The notes: generated by a model from the letters alone, not told the origin. A DNA stretch of 63,489 nt, filler included, from Octopus bimaculoides (GCF_001194135.2; 7 parts of 7 records of this genome joined end to end with filler, not necessarily neighbours in it), one strand, 5' to 3'; shown: positions 38,207 to 52,971, counted from the first letter of the whole stretch. Program-made: numbers and translations.

Positions 38207-38645
38207 TAGAGGAAAGTCAAAAATTATCCGCACTTTCGCCATAACATGTCTTTATTATCACACTACCTTCTGCGCATGCGTGCTTATAGTTGGTACTATT
38301 GTGGTCACGTGATTGAAGTTTGAGCCTGATCGCGCCATTTTTCTTTCGGATTTTATAGTGTAAGTATGGCCGCTGCACCAGCAATGTGCTCACCAAAGAA
38401 TAACGAAGAACAGTGATCCGATTTCTCTGGTCGGAAGGTGTGTCAGGTACCGAAATTCATCTGAGGCTTTTAGCACAATACGGGGATAGTGCACTACCAC
38501 GTAGAAGTGTGAATGAGTGGATCGAGAAGTTTAAAAGTGGTCGGACAAAGGTGACGCACGAAGAGGAAGCAAGACGCCTGTCAACCTCCACCACTGACGA
38601 GAAGATTCAGCAAGCTCGAGAGATGGTGATGGTGAACCGGTTCAC
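38207..38645 (+). mobile_element. Mariner 5' part: TIR and transposase HTH, truncated
   Basis: GAGGAAAGTCAAAAATTATCCGCAC TIR-like end; VIRFLWSEGVSGTEIH.RL..QYGD..L.RRSV.EW..KFK.GR. Confidence 0.88.
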
Positions 38646-39368
38646 CATTACCATCTCTCGGATCACTGCTCTTTGTTCTTCTTTGGTGCACATTGTTGGT
38701 GGAGTGGCCATGCTTACACTGTGTAAAGCCAGAAAGAAAAATGGCGCGATCATTTGGTCTATGTTATCGTTCCTTCAGGAGATATAACACATCGCCTGAA
38801 GAAATGAATCAATGATAATGATCAACCAGATTCCCACGGATACTACGAACTACACTTTAATCATCGCACTGTGATCTTAAGAGACACGTGATTTGTGGAA
38901 ACGCGCGTAGCGATGCATCAGAATATTTATAAATTCCATCCAAAGATTATTGTTATTATTACTATATTTATCCTACATTATATCAGTTCAGCTCGGTGCA
39001 ACCTTCAAAAACTGGTTCACCAGTCAGCATCATTAGACTGTGGCAGGCATAATGGAATAGGAGCTTTATTTACATATACAAAGCGTTTCCCGTAAACAAA
39101 TTTAAAATACATGTGTGTGTGTGTGTGTATAAACATAGTAAACATATAGTGTATGTGTATATATATATATATCTATATAGAGAGAGTATGTGTGTGTGTG
39201 TGTATGCGCGAGCACAAACATATTACTATAAGACGCAATAAGATAAGTAATCTCTATTAAATATACCTGGCTTCTGTTTTAATTCGTTAAAGAAAAAACT
39301 TCTGGCGGATGCGTGTATATATGTTGATATACATATGCAGACATATATACATGCATGCACACACACAG

Positions 39369-39447
<79 letters not shown>

Positions 39448-39581
39448 TACATATATNNNNNNNNNNNNNNNNNNNNNNNNNNNNNNNNNNNNNNNNNNNN
39501 NNNNNNNNNNNNNNNNNNNNNNNNNNNNNNNNNNNNNNNNNNNNNNNNNNNNNNNNNNNNNNNNNNNNNNNNNNNNNNNNT

Positions 39582-39620
<39 letters not shown>

Positions 39621-40245
39621 ATACGTACATACATACGTGTGTTTGCGTGTGTATGTAGGTAGGTACGTGTGTGTGTATATATATGTACATATACAACAAT
39701 ACGAAGTTATAACAATGCGAAGATATGACAATGCGATGGATGACATAGAAACGGATTAGCAGATAACACAACAGTAAGGCCGACATTAGCTTCCATGATA
39801 CAGATCACAAAAGTGACATAACAATACCAAAATGACTTTCACGTTGTTCAGAAGCGAACGGAAAAGTTAAGATATTGCACAGTCTTTGGTGTCGTGATTA
39901 AAAGAAAAAACATTAGTTCAGCTAAAGGAATAATAATGCTGCTTGTAATTAAGAAGAAATGCAACTGCTTCTATGAAGACATTGATTTACTCAAAAGGGA
40001 TCGATAATAGTGCAAGTTACAGAAAAAAGCAGCGAATTAATTTACCGGGGTCCCTGAATATTGTTTGTGGGGTTTATCGCAAGGAATTTTAGTCGTTGAG
40101 AATTTCTATCATGTGTAGCCAACAAAATATTTCTTCTCGGAGTGAGGAAAGAAGCGTTTTGTTCCGTCCCTCCAAACATGACTGCTACAACAGCAATAAC
40201 AAATACTATTAGTAGTTGGTAGTCTGTGTCAGACCAAACAGTCAA

Positions 40246-40705
40246 TAAGGAATACTGCCTGGAAGTTAGACGTCGCTTTCGTGATGTTGTGCGTCGAAAT
40301 CGGCCGGACATGTGGGCGGTGAAGAATTAGCAATTCCATCACGACAATGCCCCCGCTCATTCTGCCCACATAATCTAAGCTTTCCTGGTCAAGAACAACA
40401 CACCGCTTGTTCGATAAGCTCACCACACTCCCGTGTGACTTCTGACTCTTCTCCAATCTGAAAACCACGCTGAAAAGGAAGCGATTTGAATCGCGTGAGG
40501 AAATTAAGAGAAAAGCGACTGCGGATCTCTACAGCGTTCCAGAGATGGCGTTCTAGAGGTATTACCATCAATGGCAGAACCGTTGAGAGAAGTGTGTCAA
40601 CACCCAAGGGGAGTATATTGAAGGGGATTAGATAAAATTTGAGAATGTACAAAATTGTTTTGTTTTTTTATGCCCCAAGGCCAGATAGTTTTTGAACGTA
40701 CCTCG
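40246..40705 (+). mobile_element. Mariner 3' part: catalytic domain remnant and right TIR
   Basis: FHHDNAPAH, LKGKRF-like and W.KCV...G.Y.EG motifs; ends TTTTTGAACGTACCTCG|TA. Confidence 0.88.
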
Positions 40706-40801
40706 TAATCATTGAATAGTCGTCCATATTCAGTGAGTTTAGTTATATTAGATAAAACTGTAATAGTTCTACATATATTACCAAGGGACTATGACTAGTT
40801 T

Positions 40802-40843
<42 letters not shown>

Positions 40844-40859
40844 ACTCTCTCTCTCTCTC

Positions 40860-40959
40860 NNNNNNNNNNNNNNNNNNNNNNNNNNNNNNNNNNNNNNNNN
40901 NNNTTAATTAATTAANNNNNNNNNNNNNNNNNNNNNNNNNNNNNNNNNNNNNNNNNNNN
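40860..40959. other. Artificial scaffold spacer
   Basis: N44-TTAATTAATTAA-N44. Confidence 0.95.
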
Positions 40960-41004
<45 letters not shown>

Positions 41005-41114
41005 TATATTTATATACATATGTGTATATACATATATAAATTGAAAATTAGAGCTAATATATGTATATATGTATATATGTGTATACGCATATATGCATAT
41101 ACTCATTTATTATT

Positions 41115-41153
<39 letters not shown>

Positions 41154-41475
41154 CGTATATATATATATAACACACCGTATATATATCTACACACGTGTAT
41201 ATACATATATATGTATGTGCGTGTGTGTGTGTGTGTGTGTTTATATAATTAGTTTCTTCCAATTGACTATGGTGACAGCGGCCATGTCAGTGGGTGTCTG
41301 CGTAGATTTGGTGCCATGGAGTCTAGGAGTAGAAGTAGTAACTCAGTGGTAACGAGAACAGCTTCAACGAATCTGACAGCGAGGCACACACATACAAAAT
41401 CACATAGCAACTACATACTCATACAATTACACATATGCTTAGACGTTCAGGATTATAACAAACATACAATACTCC

Positions 41476-41530
<55 letters not shown>

Positions 41531-41535
41531 GTCTG

Positions 41536-41604
<69 letters not shown>

Positions 41605-41694
41605 TTATCTAGGCATCTATGCATGTTCATGTATGTATGTAGGTTTGTACGCGTGTGTATATTTGCATATGTGTATGTATTTATTTATATTCGT

Positions 41695-41885
41695 TATATT
41701 TGTTTCAGTCATTTGACAGCGGCCATGCTAGAGCACCGCGTTTAGTTGAACAAATCGACACCAGGAGTTATTCTTTGTAATCCTAGTATTAGATGTATCG
41801 ATCTCTTTTGCCGAACCGCTATGTTACGGGGACGTAAATACACCAGCATCGGTTGTCGAGCGATGGTGGGGAACAAACACAGACA
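41695..41885 (-). mobile_element. Family B SINE, 3' half
   Basis: TTTCAGTCATTTGACAGCGGCCATGC...CCGAACCGCTATGTTACGGGG. Confidence 0.8.
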
Positions 41886-41892
41886 CCCCCCC

Positions 41893-41972
<80 letters not shown>

Positions 41973-42729
41973 TTATTTATTTATGTGTTTCAGCCAAGTG
42001 GCTGCGGTCATGCTGGTGCACCATACATATAGTAGCTGAGGTACCCAGTAATACTCGGGAACGGGGATATTCTCAGTACTCATTACACTGCTTAATTTCT
42101 TTCAGACGAAAACTGAAATGAAGACATAGGACACATAATAGATGGCGTAAGCAAAAATTCATTCACGAAACATTGATACAAATAAATATGTGCGGAATCG
42201 GAAAATGACAATCGTTTGGTCAGATTAATGGGAAGCTGCAAATATATAATCAATGGAAATATCAAGAAGGGAATTGTAAAGGAGTGTTAGGACAAAAAAA
42301 CAAAGAACATAGAAGTTTGAAAAGTAAACAAAAAATATAGAGAGAAAAGAGATTTTATACTTACAACAACGACTGGAGTGCAGAGGCGACAACATGGTGC
42401 TCATAAGAGTCGTAAGATGCTATGAAGAGGGAAAAAAAGCATACAAAAATGTCATTTTAGGGCAAATTCTCTTACGAGAGAAAATTTTAAGTGCACATGC
42501 ACTTAATTTGACGACTGTGTTTCATGGGTATAGTTCCACTGATCGTAAGGATCAAATATCGATTGCAAGGGTTAGAACCGACAATTTTGAGTGCAGTTAT
42601 TAAGAAAATATGTTACATGTATTAGCACACAATGTTGCAATGTTTAGAATCGATAACTTTGAGTGCAGGTGTTAAGAAAATATATGTTACAACAACCTGT
42701 AAATGCTGAAATAATTGATGAGCATTTTA

Positions 42730-43135
42730 ACCGCACAATTTAGGCCAAACTTCATTAATCAGTTAATCAAAAATCATCTTATGCTTTGATTGAGTGGGCT
42801 AAGTAAAAATTTATTCGTCTCAACCCATCCTTAGCGCATATTTCATTTGTGTATGAAATTTCAAGAAAACTGTTTGTAAACTTTAAAAGTTATGGCAGAA
42901 AATAACATTCATACGAGAATTTGCACTGAAATGTCATATTGATTTTTGAAAAATCGATACTGATTAAAAATTATCGATTTTTTTAAAAATTCCAAGTGCG
43001 TAAGTGACCTCATGGGCATAAGCCCCACATACGTGTCAAGTTTCATCAAGATCGCTTGCATAGTCTCGGAGGAGGTAAAGTAACAAATTCACAAGCACAC
43101 AGCCACAAACAGACAGAAATTGCCCTTTATATACG

Positions 43136-43140
<5 letters not shown>
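42730..43140 (+). mobile_element. Probable non-autonomous Helitron/Helentron-type element
   Basis: AAGTTTCATCAAGATCG...ACAAACAGACAG...TATAT pattern typical of Lep1/DINE-like ends; imperfect inverted repeat at 42942-42990. Confidence 0.5.
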
Positions 43141-43170
<30 letters not shown>

Positions 43171-43907
43171 GAAATTATACCGAACGCCAGCAGATCATGA
43201 TCTGTCTTTCCTAACAGTTGTCTACACTGACCAATTTAGCGTGAAGTGTTGCTGAAAAACCGTATACATCAGTTCGGAAATGAAGTTTCACGCATCTATT
43301 TCGATCTGCCAAACCAAATTGTGGTTTTGTTGACATCGTTTTGCAGCTCCATCATCGGGTCCATCAGAAGGATTTTATTTCTTGGTGTTTTAGCGCATAG
43401 ATCATAGCTCCGACACCGTGGCCTTCGAGTTTCATGCTGAAGAATTGGTTGAGGGCTACTGCCACTGTTAGCGCGTTGATCGTGATGTCTTTGTTAATCA
43501 CCTCTTTGAGATTGCTAATGGATACTTGTTCTAATATTTTTCTTTTCCTCTCTTTTTCAAATTCTTTGCTAAATTCGATCTTTTCTGTGACTATTGCTCT
43601 TTCCAAGACACTTCACCACTCCACCAGTTTGATTCGTTAATCTCGGTCACCACTAAGGACAGGATCCATGTCAATAGATTTAGTCAAAGTCGATTGAGCA
43701 GATCTCAAATTTATTGTCTGTGTAGCTGATAAGTGTGAAGTGTGGACATCCTGCACTATTCTTTGTCCACTGCCTTAAGAAATACACTAACTGGATATGA
43801 ACTGGTCAACACCACCGTGAATGAAGTTTTGTGATTTAGGCACAAGACTAGCTATTTTGAGGTTGATGGGGTGAGTTTGATACCATTGCTTGACAATTTG
43901 TTCTTTA

Positions 43908-44123
43908 CAAGATGGTTCTGAAAATTTCCTGGCAGTAAGGACGTCGCGAAAGGCTCTGGTTGGAGGCCCGGCCTTCAGAGTTCTTTTACAGGGCTTAGAA
44001 AAACTGAAGAGCCACTGCAATAACTGTGTGAATCTGAGAGGGTATATGTTGAATAAAATCACGATCACTTGATCCTCCTGTACTTTCTTTTACCCAAAGG
44101 CAGGACTTTTCAGCACCCCCTCG
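43908..44123 (+). mobile_element. Mariner-derived MITE (216 bp), TA-flanked
   Basis: Ends CAAGATGGTTCTGAAAATTTCCTGG and CAGGACTTTTCAGCACCCCCTCG; carries the transposase C-terminus GLEKL...C..CV.LRG. Confidence 0.85.
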
Positions 44124-45644
44124 TAGACTGTGGGGTGGGGGATGAAAAGCAAAGCTGACACCGGGGAGATAATAATTTACCCATAGTAAACGAACTTTCC
44201 CGTCTCAGTTTGAAAAATGGTTACACTATGTAAATATCAATGTTTTCCCTTCTGAACTGCAATTCGTATCGTTAAAACAATAAGAATTAGGCACTCATTA
44301 ACTTTTGTGGAAGGCATTCAAGGAAAAGGCAACTCTAACGTCTATAGTCATTTATAGGAAGATTTGCATTCATCAGGTTTGAAAAGAACCAAAAATAGGA
44401 AAAAAGCCCGATAATAAACACTCTCTTACAAAGGAGTGCAATGCTGACCCTTGCTCTAAACAAGGTCGGAATAGAGCTCAAGGTCCAGTAACAATGTTCA
44501 AGAGAAAGAAAGTTTTAAGAGAGAAGGAAATATTTCTGAGATCCGCGACTTCCAGATCAGGAAAGTTCTCAGATTAATTCATAGATTGGTTCACTCACAA
44601 AAATATTTAAACATTAACTCTTTTATCTTTTACTTGTTTCAGTCATTGCACTGTGGCCATACTGGGGCACCACCTTGAAGGGCTTTAGTTAAACAAATCA
44701 ATCCCAGTATATCTTTTATCTTTTACTTGTTTCAGTCATTGCACTGTGTCCGTACTGAGGCCCCGCATTGAAATATGAACGAACAAATCGACTGTAGAGC
44801 CGTTGTTTCAAGGATGTACACAAACTAACACAAAGATACAGACACACATTCGTGCGCGCCTAAACACACATATATGTGTACATACATATATATATTACAC
44901 ACATACAGAGACGTATATTCACGCACATGTATGTATATATGTAAATGTATATACGCATCATTAAGAGTGTATTCACACACACACACATGCACATACATAC
45001 ATACATACATACGCACACATACATACGCACACATACATACGCACACATACATACATACATACATACATACATACATACATACATACATACATACATACAT
45101 GTGTATGTATGTGTCTGTGTATTTATTTGTTATGATATTAATTCTTTATTTCTTAAGCGGATGCAAAGCGCCGACATTTTGTTTGTCGCTTATATTGCAG
45201 TGTTACATTACTTCCGCTCTTCTTCTCATCTACATTTTTATTCTCTTTAAATCTTCCTTTCTTCCACCTTTCCTTTTTTCTTCTTTCACTCTTTCTCTCC
45301 CTTTTTCCTCCATTTGCTTTCTTTTTTTCGTTTCTTTTTCTTTTTGGTTTTCATTCATCCTTTCTGTTTATATTTCTATTTTTATTTCTTTTTTCTTTCT
45401 TGTCGGTTTCATTTCACAAATATCCCCGCCATTACTATTACAAGCATTTACTTCACCAACCACATCAAACACAGCATCAACAACATCAACAATAATCGAG
45501 AACAATCTACATATTTCTATTTCCTTATCTTTCTAGAAGAAAAAAAAATTAAAAATAAGGAAGTCAAACATAGGAAAAAAAAAGAAAACAAAGTGAAAGT
45601 AAAACAATGTAACCAGATATATAATCAATAAACAAATAGAATGC

Positions 45645-45675
<31 letters not shown>

Positions 45676-45997
45676 GAGATAGTGATTGAAGGAAACAGCG
45701 GGGGGAACGGAAAGGAAGAGAAAAAAAGGGAAAAAAACTGGGAGGTGAAAAAGTTAGAGGAGGAAACATAGGGACCACCACACACATACGCATGCGCACG
45801 CGCATACGCATTTAAACGCGCACCCGCACTGGCACACTTACACACGAAATGATATTTCTTTTTCTCCAGAAATAGGAAGTCGGGTTAGGGAAAACGCACT
45901 ATCGTGAGTAGATGTTGCTTGAGAGGAGATAGAGGCAGGCGAGAGAAGAAAGGAGGAAAATGTAAGACGTGAAACAAGCTAGAGCATTGATGATAGC

Positions 45998-46317
<320 letters not shown>

Positions 46318-46933
46318 NNNNNNNNNNNNNNNNNNNNNNNNNNNNNNNNNNNNNNNNNNNNNNNNNNNNNNNNNNNNNNNNNNNNNNNNNNNNNNNNNNN
46401 NNNNNNNNNNNNNNNNNNNNNNNNNNNNNNNNNNNNNNNNNNNNNNNNNNNNNNNNNNNNNNNNNNNNNNNNNNNNNNNNNNNNNNNNNNNNNNNNNNNN
46501 NNNNNNNNNNNNNNNNNNNNNNNNNNNNNNNNNNNNNNNNNNNNNNNNNNNNNNNNNNNNNNNNNNNNNNNNNNNNNNNNNNNNNNNNNNNNNNNNNNNN
46601 NNNNNNNNNNNNNNNNNNNNNNNNNNNNNNNNNNNNNNNNNNNNNNNNNNNNNNNNNNNNNNNNNNNNNNNNNNNNNNNNNNNNNNNNNNNNNNNNNNNN
46701 NNNNNNNNNNNNNNNNNNNNNNNNNNNNNNNNNNNNNNNNNNNNNNNNNNNNNNNNNNNNNNNNNNNNNNNNNNNNNNNNNNNNNNNNNNNNNNNNNNNN
46801 NNNNNNNNNNNNNNNNNNNNNNNNNNNNNNNNNNNNNNNNNNNNNNNNNNNNNNNNNNNNNNNNNNNNNNNNNNNNNNNNNNNNNNNNNNNNNNNNNNNN
46901 NNNNNNNNNNNNNNNNNNNNNNNNNNNNNNNNN

Positions 46934-46990
<57 letters not shown>

Positions 46991-47400
46991 ATTCGTTTTA
47001 TTGGCCACAAGGGCTAATATCAATCAAAAACATATAAGGACAAAGACAGGATGAAGTTTACAAAAGGTTTTGTCCGAAAAGTAGAAAAACGTTCGTGTAA
47101 ACAGAGGAAGAAAACGGAGAAAGATATAACAAACAAATAAATAAATAAATAAATAAATAAATAGAACTCCCAAAGGGGGAGGCGCTTCGAAAACGTTACC
47201 CGTGGAAAAACCCATAAAACCACGGGAGCCTGGTGAGAAAAAATAAGAAAGGGGTATAGAGCCCTTTCTCCTTTTGCATACTTTTTTTCCTACAGGTGTA
47301 TTCTCAGAATTGGTCCGTTTATACTGGCCATTCTTCCAACAGTCACCCATTTTTCAACAAATTTGCTATGAGACAGCACTTCCTCTTTGGCCAAGGCCTT

Positions 47401-47485
<85 letters not shown>

Positions 47486-47489
<4 letters not shown>

Positions 47490-48460
47490 GCAACAGAAAA
47501 AAGATGGTATAAACACACGCCAGAAAAGGTCACAGAAAACGAGAAAGCAACCATACTCTGGGATATGCCAATACACACAGATAGAGAAATTAAGGCAAAT
47601 AGACCAGATATAGTTGTCAAAGATCATGAAGGAAAAANNNNNNNNNNNNNNNNNNNNNNNNNNNNNNNNNNNNNNNNNNNNNNNNNNNNNNNNNNNNNNN
47701 NNNNNNNNNNNNNNNNNNNNNNNNNNNNNNNNNNNNNNNNNNNNNNNNNNNNNNNNNNNNNNNNNNNNNNNNNNNNNNNNNNNNNNNNNNNNNNNNNNNN
47801 NNNNNNNNNNNNNNNNNNNNNNNNNNNNNNNNNNNNNNNNNNNNNNNNNNNNNNNNNNNNNNNNNNNNNNNNNNNNNNNNNNNNNNNNNNNNNNNNNNNN
47901 NNNNNNNNNNNNNNNNNNNNNNNNNNNNNNNNNNNNNNNNNNNNNNNNNNNNNNNNNNNNNNNNNNNNNNNNNNNNNNNNNNNNNNNNNNNNNNNNNNNN
48001 NNNNNNNNNNNNNNNNNNNNNNNNNNNNNNNNNNNNNNNNNNNNNNNNNNNNNNNNNNNNNNNNNNNNNNNNNNNNNNNNNNNNNNNNNNNNNNNNNNNN
48101 NNNNNNNNNNNNNNNNNNNNNNNNNNNNNNNNNNNNNNNNNNNNNNNNNNNNNNNNNNNNNNNNNNNNNNNNNNNNNNNNNNNNNNNNNNNNNNNNNNNN
48201 NNNNNAAACAATTCCTATCATAGTAGGTGCCTTAGGTATAATAAAAAAATATTCAGACAAATACATAACAAAAACACCAGGACTTACAAATATATATAAC
48301 ATACAGAAAATTGCACTACTGGGTACTGCACACATTCTACGCAAAACACTTTCAATACAGTAAACATAAGAGCACCACAGCAAACCACAGCACATACCCA
48401 AGGCGCACAGAGCTGCGCTCGGTAGTGAAGTGAAAGCACGTTATAAAAATAAAACTACTG
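47486..48460 (+). mobile_element. 5'-truncated R4/Dong-like RLE retrotransposon 3' end (N gap inside) with (AAT)n on both sides
   Basis: WYKHTPEKV.ENEK.TILWDMPIHTD..I.ANRPDIVV (PD..D endonuclease) ... IVGALG ... QKIALLGTAHILRKTL*; 3' UTR then (AAT)n. Confidence 0.9.
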
Positions 48461-48603
48461 AATAATAATAATAATAATAATAATAATTCCACTTACTGGC
48501 AACTGGCGCCGACGTATAGGGGGACGATAATAATACGAGCATATTGGACTTCGTATATATGTACCCCAGTGTCACTTTGATGGTATGTGCTTCTTTCTCA
48601 CTC

Positions 48604-48687
<84 letters not shown>

Positions 48688-48689
<2 letters not shown>

Positions 48690-49337
48690 AAGCCTAATCA
48701 TCGCTTCCCAGAACAGGCATTGAATACCAACTCAGTGAGAAAGAATGTATACTACACACGTGCAACAGACCTCTGCAGAATGTGTGGGAAGAGGGTGGAA
48801 AGTGTGACTCATATTCTTAGTGCTTGTGAAAGTCTTGTGCAGGAAGAGTACACGTGTAGACACGACAAAGTAGCCCAAAACCTCCACTGGCCTAAGTATG
48901 GATATGAGGTTACGAGTGATTAGTACCAACATACACCGGAAAATGTAATGGTCGAAAAGGGGAAGGCAAAAATCCTCTGCGACTTTGATTTCCAGATAGA
49001 CAGTGTGTTAGAGCGCTGAAGGACGGATATAGTAACTTTTAGGAGGGATAAACAAGAGAACCTATTAATTGACATGACAGTGCCAGGATATGAACATATC
49101 ATCATGAAAGAAAGAGAAATCTTTGATAAATATGGAAACCTGAGAATTGAGATCACTAAGATGTGGCACTACGAGAGTTAAACATAAAGGCTTTCTCTAT
49201 TGTCATCGGAGCATTCAATACCACACAATTTGAAGAAACATCTGGAAACCTTAGAGATACCCTACAATCTAGATGTATTGCAGAAGTGGGCATTACTTGG
49301 AACTGCATGCATATTGCGTAAGGTACTGTCTGTCTAA
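48688..49337 (+). mobile_element. Second, divergent RLE retrotransposon 3' part
   Basis: CRMCGKRVESVTHILSAC (CCHC knuckle), RHDKVA motif, KILCDF..LIDMTVP..KY..L..EI, LLGTACILRKVL*; 5' junction fused to (AAT)n. Confidence 0.88.
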
Positions 49338-49356
49338 GGTCCATGTGAAATTGAAA

Positions 49357-50391
49357 GATAATCTGGAACTCGACTGAAGAAAGAAAACTCCGAATGACCC
49401 GTCCTTGTTTTCTTGTATTGTCTATCTGGATGTTTTGTTGTCCCTTTTTTGTATCATCTAATTGTCTGAATGTTTTGCGTTCTTGTCCCATTTTTGATAT
49501 TACTTTTCACAGAAATATAGCAACGTACGTACACTTTGGTCTCTTATATTTATGTGCATATATATATATAAAATATATATATATATATAAATTTTGTACG
49601 ACTCTATTATTCTTTCTATTCTTTCCTTCTTTCTATCAGCCCCATCACACTTCGTTCTTTCCACTCTTCTTTCTTTCGTTTCCCCTCTCACACATTTCCT
49701 GGGTTTCTCTTCATTCTCAACTTCCCTCCTCTTTCACTTCACTCTGTCCATTTTCTTTTTTCTCGTCCCTCCTTAATTCTTTTATCCCTCTGCCTCTACC
49801 TCTCTCTCCACCTGACCGGTGTTCGGCGAAGCCTGACCTTTCTTCCTTGGTTCAACTACCATCCGTGCAACATCTATATTCCTCCCTATGCCTGTCACCT
49901 CTTATGTCTCTGCCGAAGGCTTTACTTCCACAGATGCCAGCTTAATTTGATTCGTCCTTTGTCGAAAGACACCTGTTGTTAATGTCCTTTATTTGCATTT
50001 GTATTTGTATACCATTTCACCGTTTTTTTCTGTCCTTGCTTTCGTATTCATTCGCTACTTTCTTCCAAGGAATCTAATGCTCTTAGATTAGCTTTTTCTT
50101 GGGGCTGGCCAGATTGGAGCAATCTCGAGTATAACCAGCCGAAATTGCAACGATAATCTGGAACTCGACTGAAGAAAGGACACTTTGAATGACCTGTCCT
50201 TGTTTGTTTTGTATCATATGTCCCGATGTTTTGTTGTCCCTTTTTTTGTATCATCTAACGGTCTGGAAGTTTTGCGTTCTTGTCCCATTGTTGGTATCCA
50301 TTGTTGGTATTCCCGAGCGTCATACTAATATATACTTTTGTTATTTACACCACCTGTCCTCGTCTGTTGTTATTATTTGTATATTCTCCCA
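49357..50391 (+). mobile_element. Penelope-like non-coding element with about 140-bp direct terminal repeats
   Basis: GATAATCTGGAACTCGACTGAAGAAAG...GTTCTTGTCCCATT at 49357 and 50152; 3' end shared with the 37880-38070 repeat. Confidence 0.55.
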
Positions 50392-52229
50392 TATATATAT
50401 ATATATATATANNNNNNNNNNNNNNNNNNNNNNNNNNNNNNNNNNNNNNNNNNNNNNNNNNNNNNNNNNNNNNNNNNNNNNNNNNNNNNNNNNNNNNNNN
50501 NNNNNNNNNNNNNNNNNNNNNNNNNNNNNNNNNNNNNNNNNNNNNNNNNNNNNNNNNNNNNNNNNNNNNNNNNNNNNNNNNNNNNNNNNNNNNNNNNNNN
50601 NNNNNNNNNNNNNNNNNNNNNNNNNNNNNNNNNNNNNNNNNNNNNNNNNNNNNNNNNNNNNNNNNNNNNNNNNNNNNNNNNNNNNNNNNNNNNNNNNNNN
50701 NNNNNNNNNNNNNNNNNNNNNNNNNNNNNNNNNNNNNNNNNNNNNNNNNNNNNNNNNNNNNNNNNNNNNNNNNNNNNNNNNNNNNNNNNNNNNNNNNNNN
50801 NNNNNNNNNNNNNNNNNNNNNNNNNNNNNNNNNNNNNNNNNNNNNNNNNNNNNNNNNNNNNNNNNNNNNNNNNNNNNNNNNNNNNNNNNNNNNNNNNNNN
50901 NNNNNNNNNNNNNNNNNNNNNNNNNNNNNNNNNNNNNNNNNNNNNNNNNNNNNNNNNNNNNNNNNNNNNNNNNNNNNNNNNNNNNNNNNNNNNNNNNNTA
51001 TATATATATATGTATATATGCATATATATATGCATATATATATATGCCTATACATATATACATATATATATCACGTACACACACATGTACTTATGCATGT
51101 AAGTATATATATTGCATACATATGTATATATGAGTGTGTGTTCTTGTGCGTGTATGCATGTATATGCCAAAATATAAAATGATATAGCAATACGAGAATG
51201 TAAGCGCATAAATAATAAATCGTGTACATACATATGCTTAAACTTTCAAATGTGTACACTCGTATACTTACATACAGAAACACAAATACGTCCTTGTATT
51301 TATACGCGCGTTCGGGGTTGTGTGCGCATGCTTGCGTATGAGTGTGTTTATATATATGTTTATATACGTGCGTATAGACGTGTATGTTATCTAAATGGGG
51401 TGAGCATTCGATGACTTTCTTTGCAGACAGTAAATATATTTCTATATATTTAGTACTAATGTTATGCCTCTCTCCCACTACATATGCATGTATACGAATG
51501 TTTATGCATGTATACACTTTGATCAAATATAATCAGCATTTATGTAGTATGCACTAGTAAATAAGTACGTGTGCACGTCACATGCGCGTGAGAGTGTGAG
51601 TTACTTGGTTTGTAATATATATATGTAAATATATGTATATATGTGTGTATATATGTTTATATATATATATATTTATATATATTAATATATAAGTATGTAT
51701 ATATGCATAAATGTATATCTATATATATGTATATGTATAGGTACATATATGTGTATATGTATATCATATNNNNNNNNNNNNNNNNNNNNNNNNNNNNNNN
51801 NNNNNNNNNNNNNNNNNNNNNNNNNNNNNNNNNNNNNNNNNNNNNNNNNNNNNNNNNNNNNNNNNNNNNNNNNNNNNNNNNNNNNNNNNNNNNNNNNNNN
51901 NNNNNNNNNNNNNNNNNNNNNNNNNNNNNNNNNNNNNNNNNNNNNNNNNNNNNNNNNNNNNNNNNNNNNNNNNNNNNNNNNNNNNNNNNNNNNNNNNNNN
52001 NNNNNNNNNNNNNNNNNNNNNNNNNNNNNNNNNNNNNNNNNNNNNNNNNNNNNNNNNNNNNNNNNNNNNNNNNNNNNNNNNNNNNNNNNNNNNNNNNNNN
52101 NNNNNNNNNNNNNNNNNNNNNNNNNNNNNNNNNNNNNNNNNNNNNNNNNNNNNNNNNNNNNNNNNNNNNNNNNNNNNNNNTATATATATATATATATATA
52201 TCTATGCATGTATATATATATATTTATGC

Positions 52230-52269
<40 letters not shown>

Positions 52270-52863
52270 TCGTACAAGTGGAATATTGTTCATTATCGAT
52301 CGTTTCGTGACGTTAGAGAGAAACCTGTCTTTCATTTTATACATTATGTACTTGTGTACTTCGAAGTACGTTCACCCAACGCTCTTTAACCAACCAACAA
52401 GAATATGGTGCTTGCGCATGCGCTCGAGCTTACTCCTCTGCACGCATACATAATAATATACATACTCCCTCTCTCTCTCTCATGCTTTCTACTTCTCTCT
52501 CTCTCTCTCAGTATCTGTCTCACACTTTCTTCACCTCCTCTCTCTTTCCGATTGCCTTTTTCCTATTGTGTTATTTCTTTTCTATTGAACCGCTCCATCT
52601 TATTTTTACTTGTAAATACCGTCTCACTTTGTTTATAAACCATGCAGTCTGTAATGGTTTCCCCAGCAGCTTGCTCAATGTCTCTGTCCGTCTCTCTTAC
52701 TCTTTCTCTCCGTCTCTCTCTCTCAATCTCTTTCTATCCATCTATCTCACTCTGTCTTTCTCTTCCTCGTCTTATTTTAGGAGTTACTACTATATTATGA
52801 TTCACACTCATGTCTGTGTGTACATATCTAAGAATACATGTTAGTACCTCGTTGATATGTGCA

Positions 52864-52934
<71 letters not shown>

Positions 52935-52936
52935 AG

Positions 52937-52971
<35 letters not shown>

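Noticed and set aside
43364-43606. 80-aa non-repetitive minus-strand ORF
   Set aside because: No recognisable motif or splice context; may be an old element fragment, but I cannot support that.
49365-49410. CTGAAGA...GAAT...GTC in the direct repeats (also at 50160-50205)
   Set aside because: No complementary helix I, and GAAT instead of GAAA; not called a ribozyme.
52412-52426. NRF1-like TGCGCATGCGCT
   Set aside because: Single motif in sequence rich in alternating purine-pyrimidine repeats; a similar motif occurs inside a mariner at about 38271.
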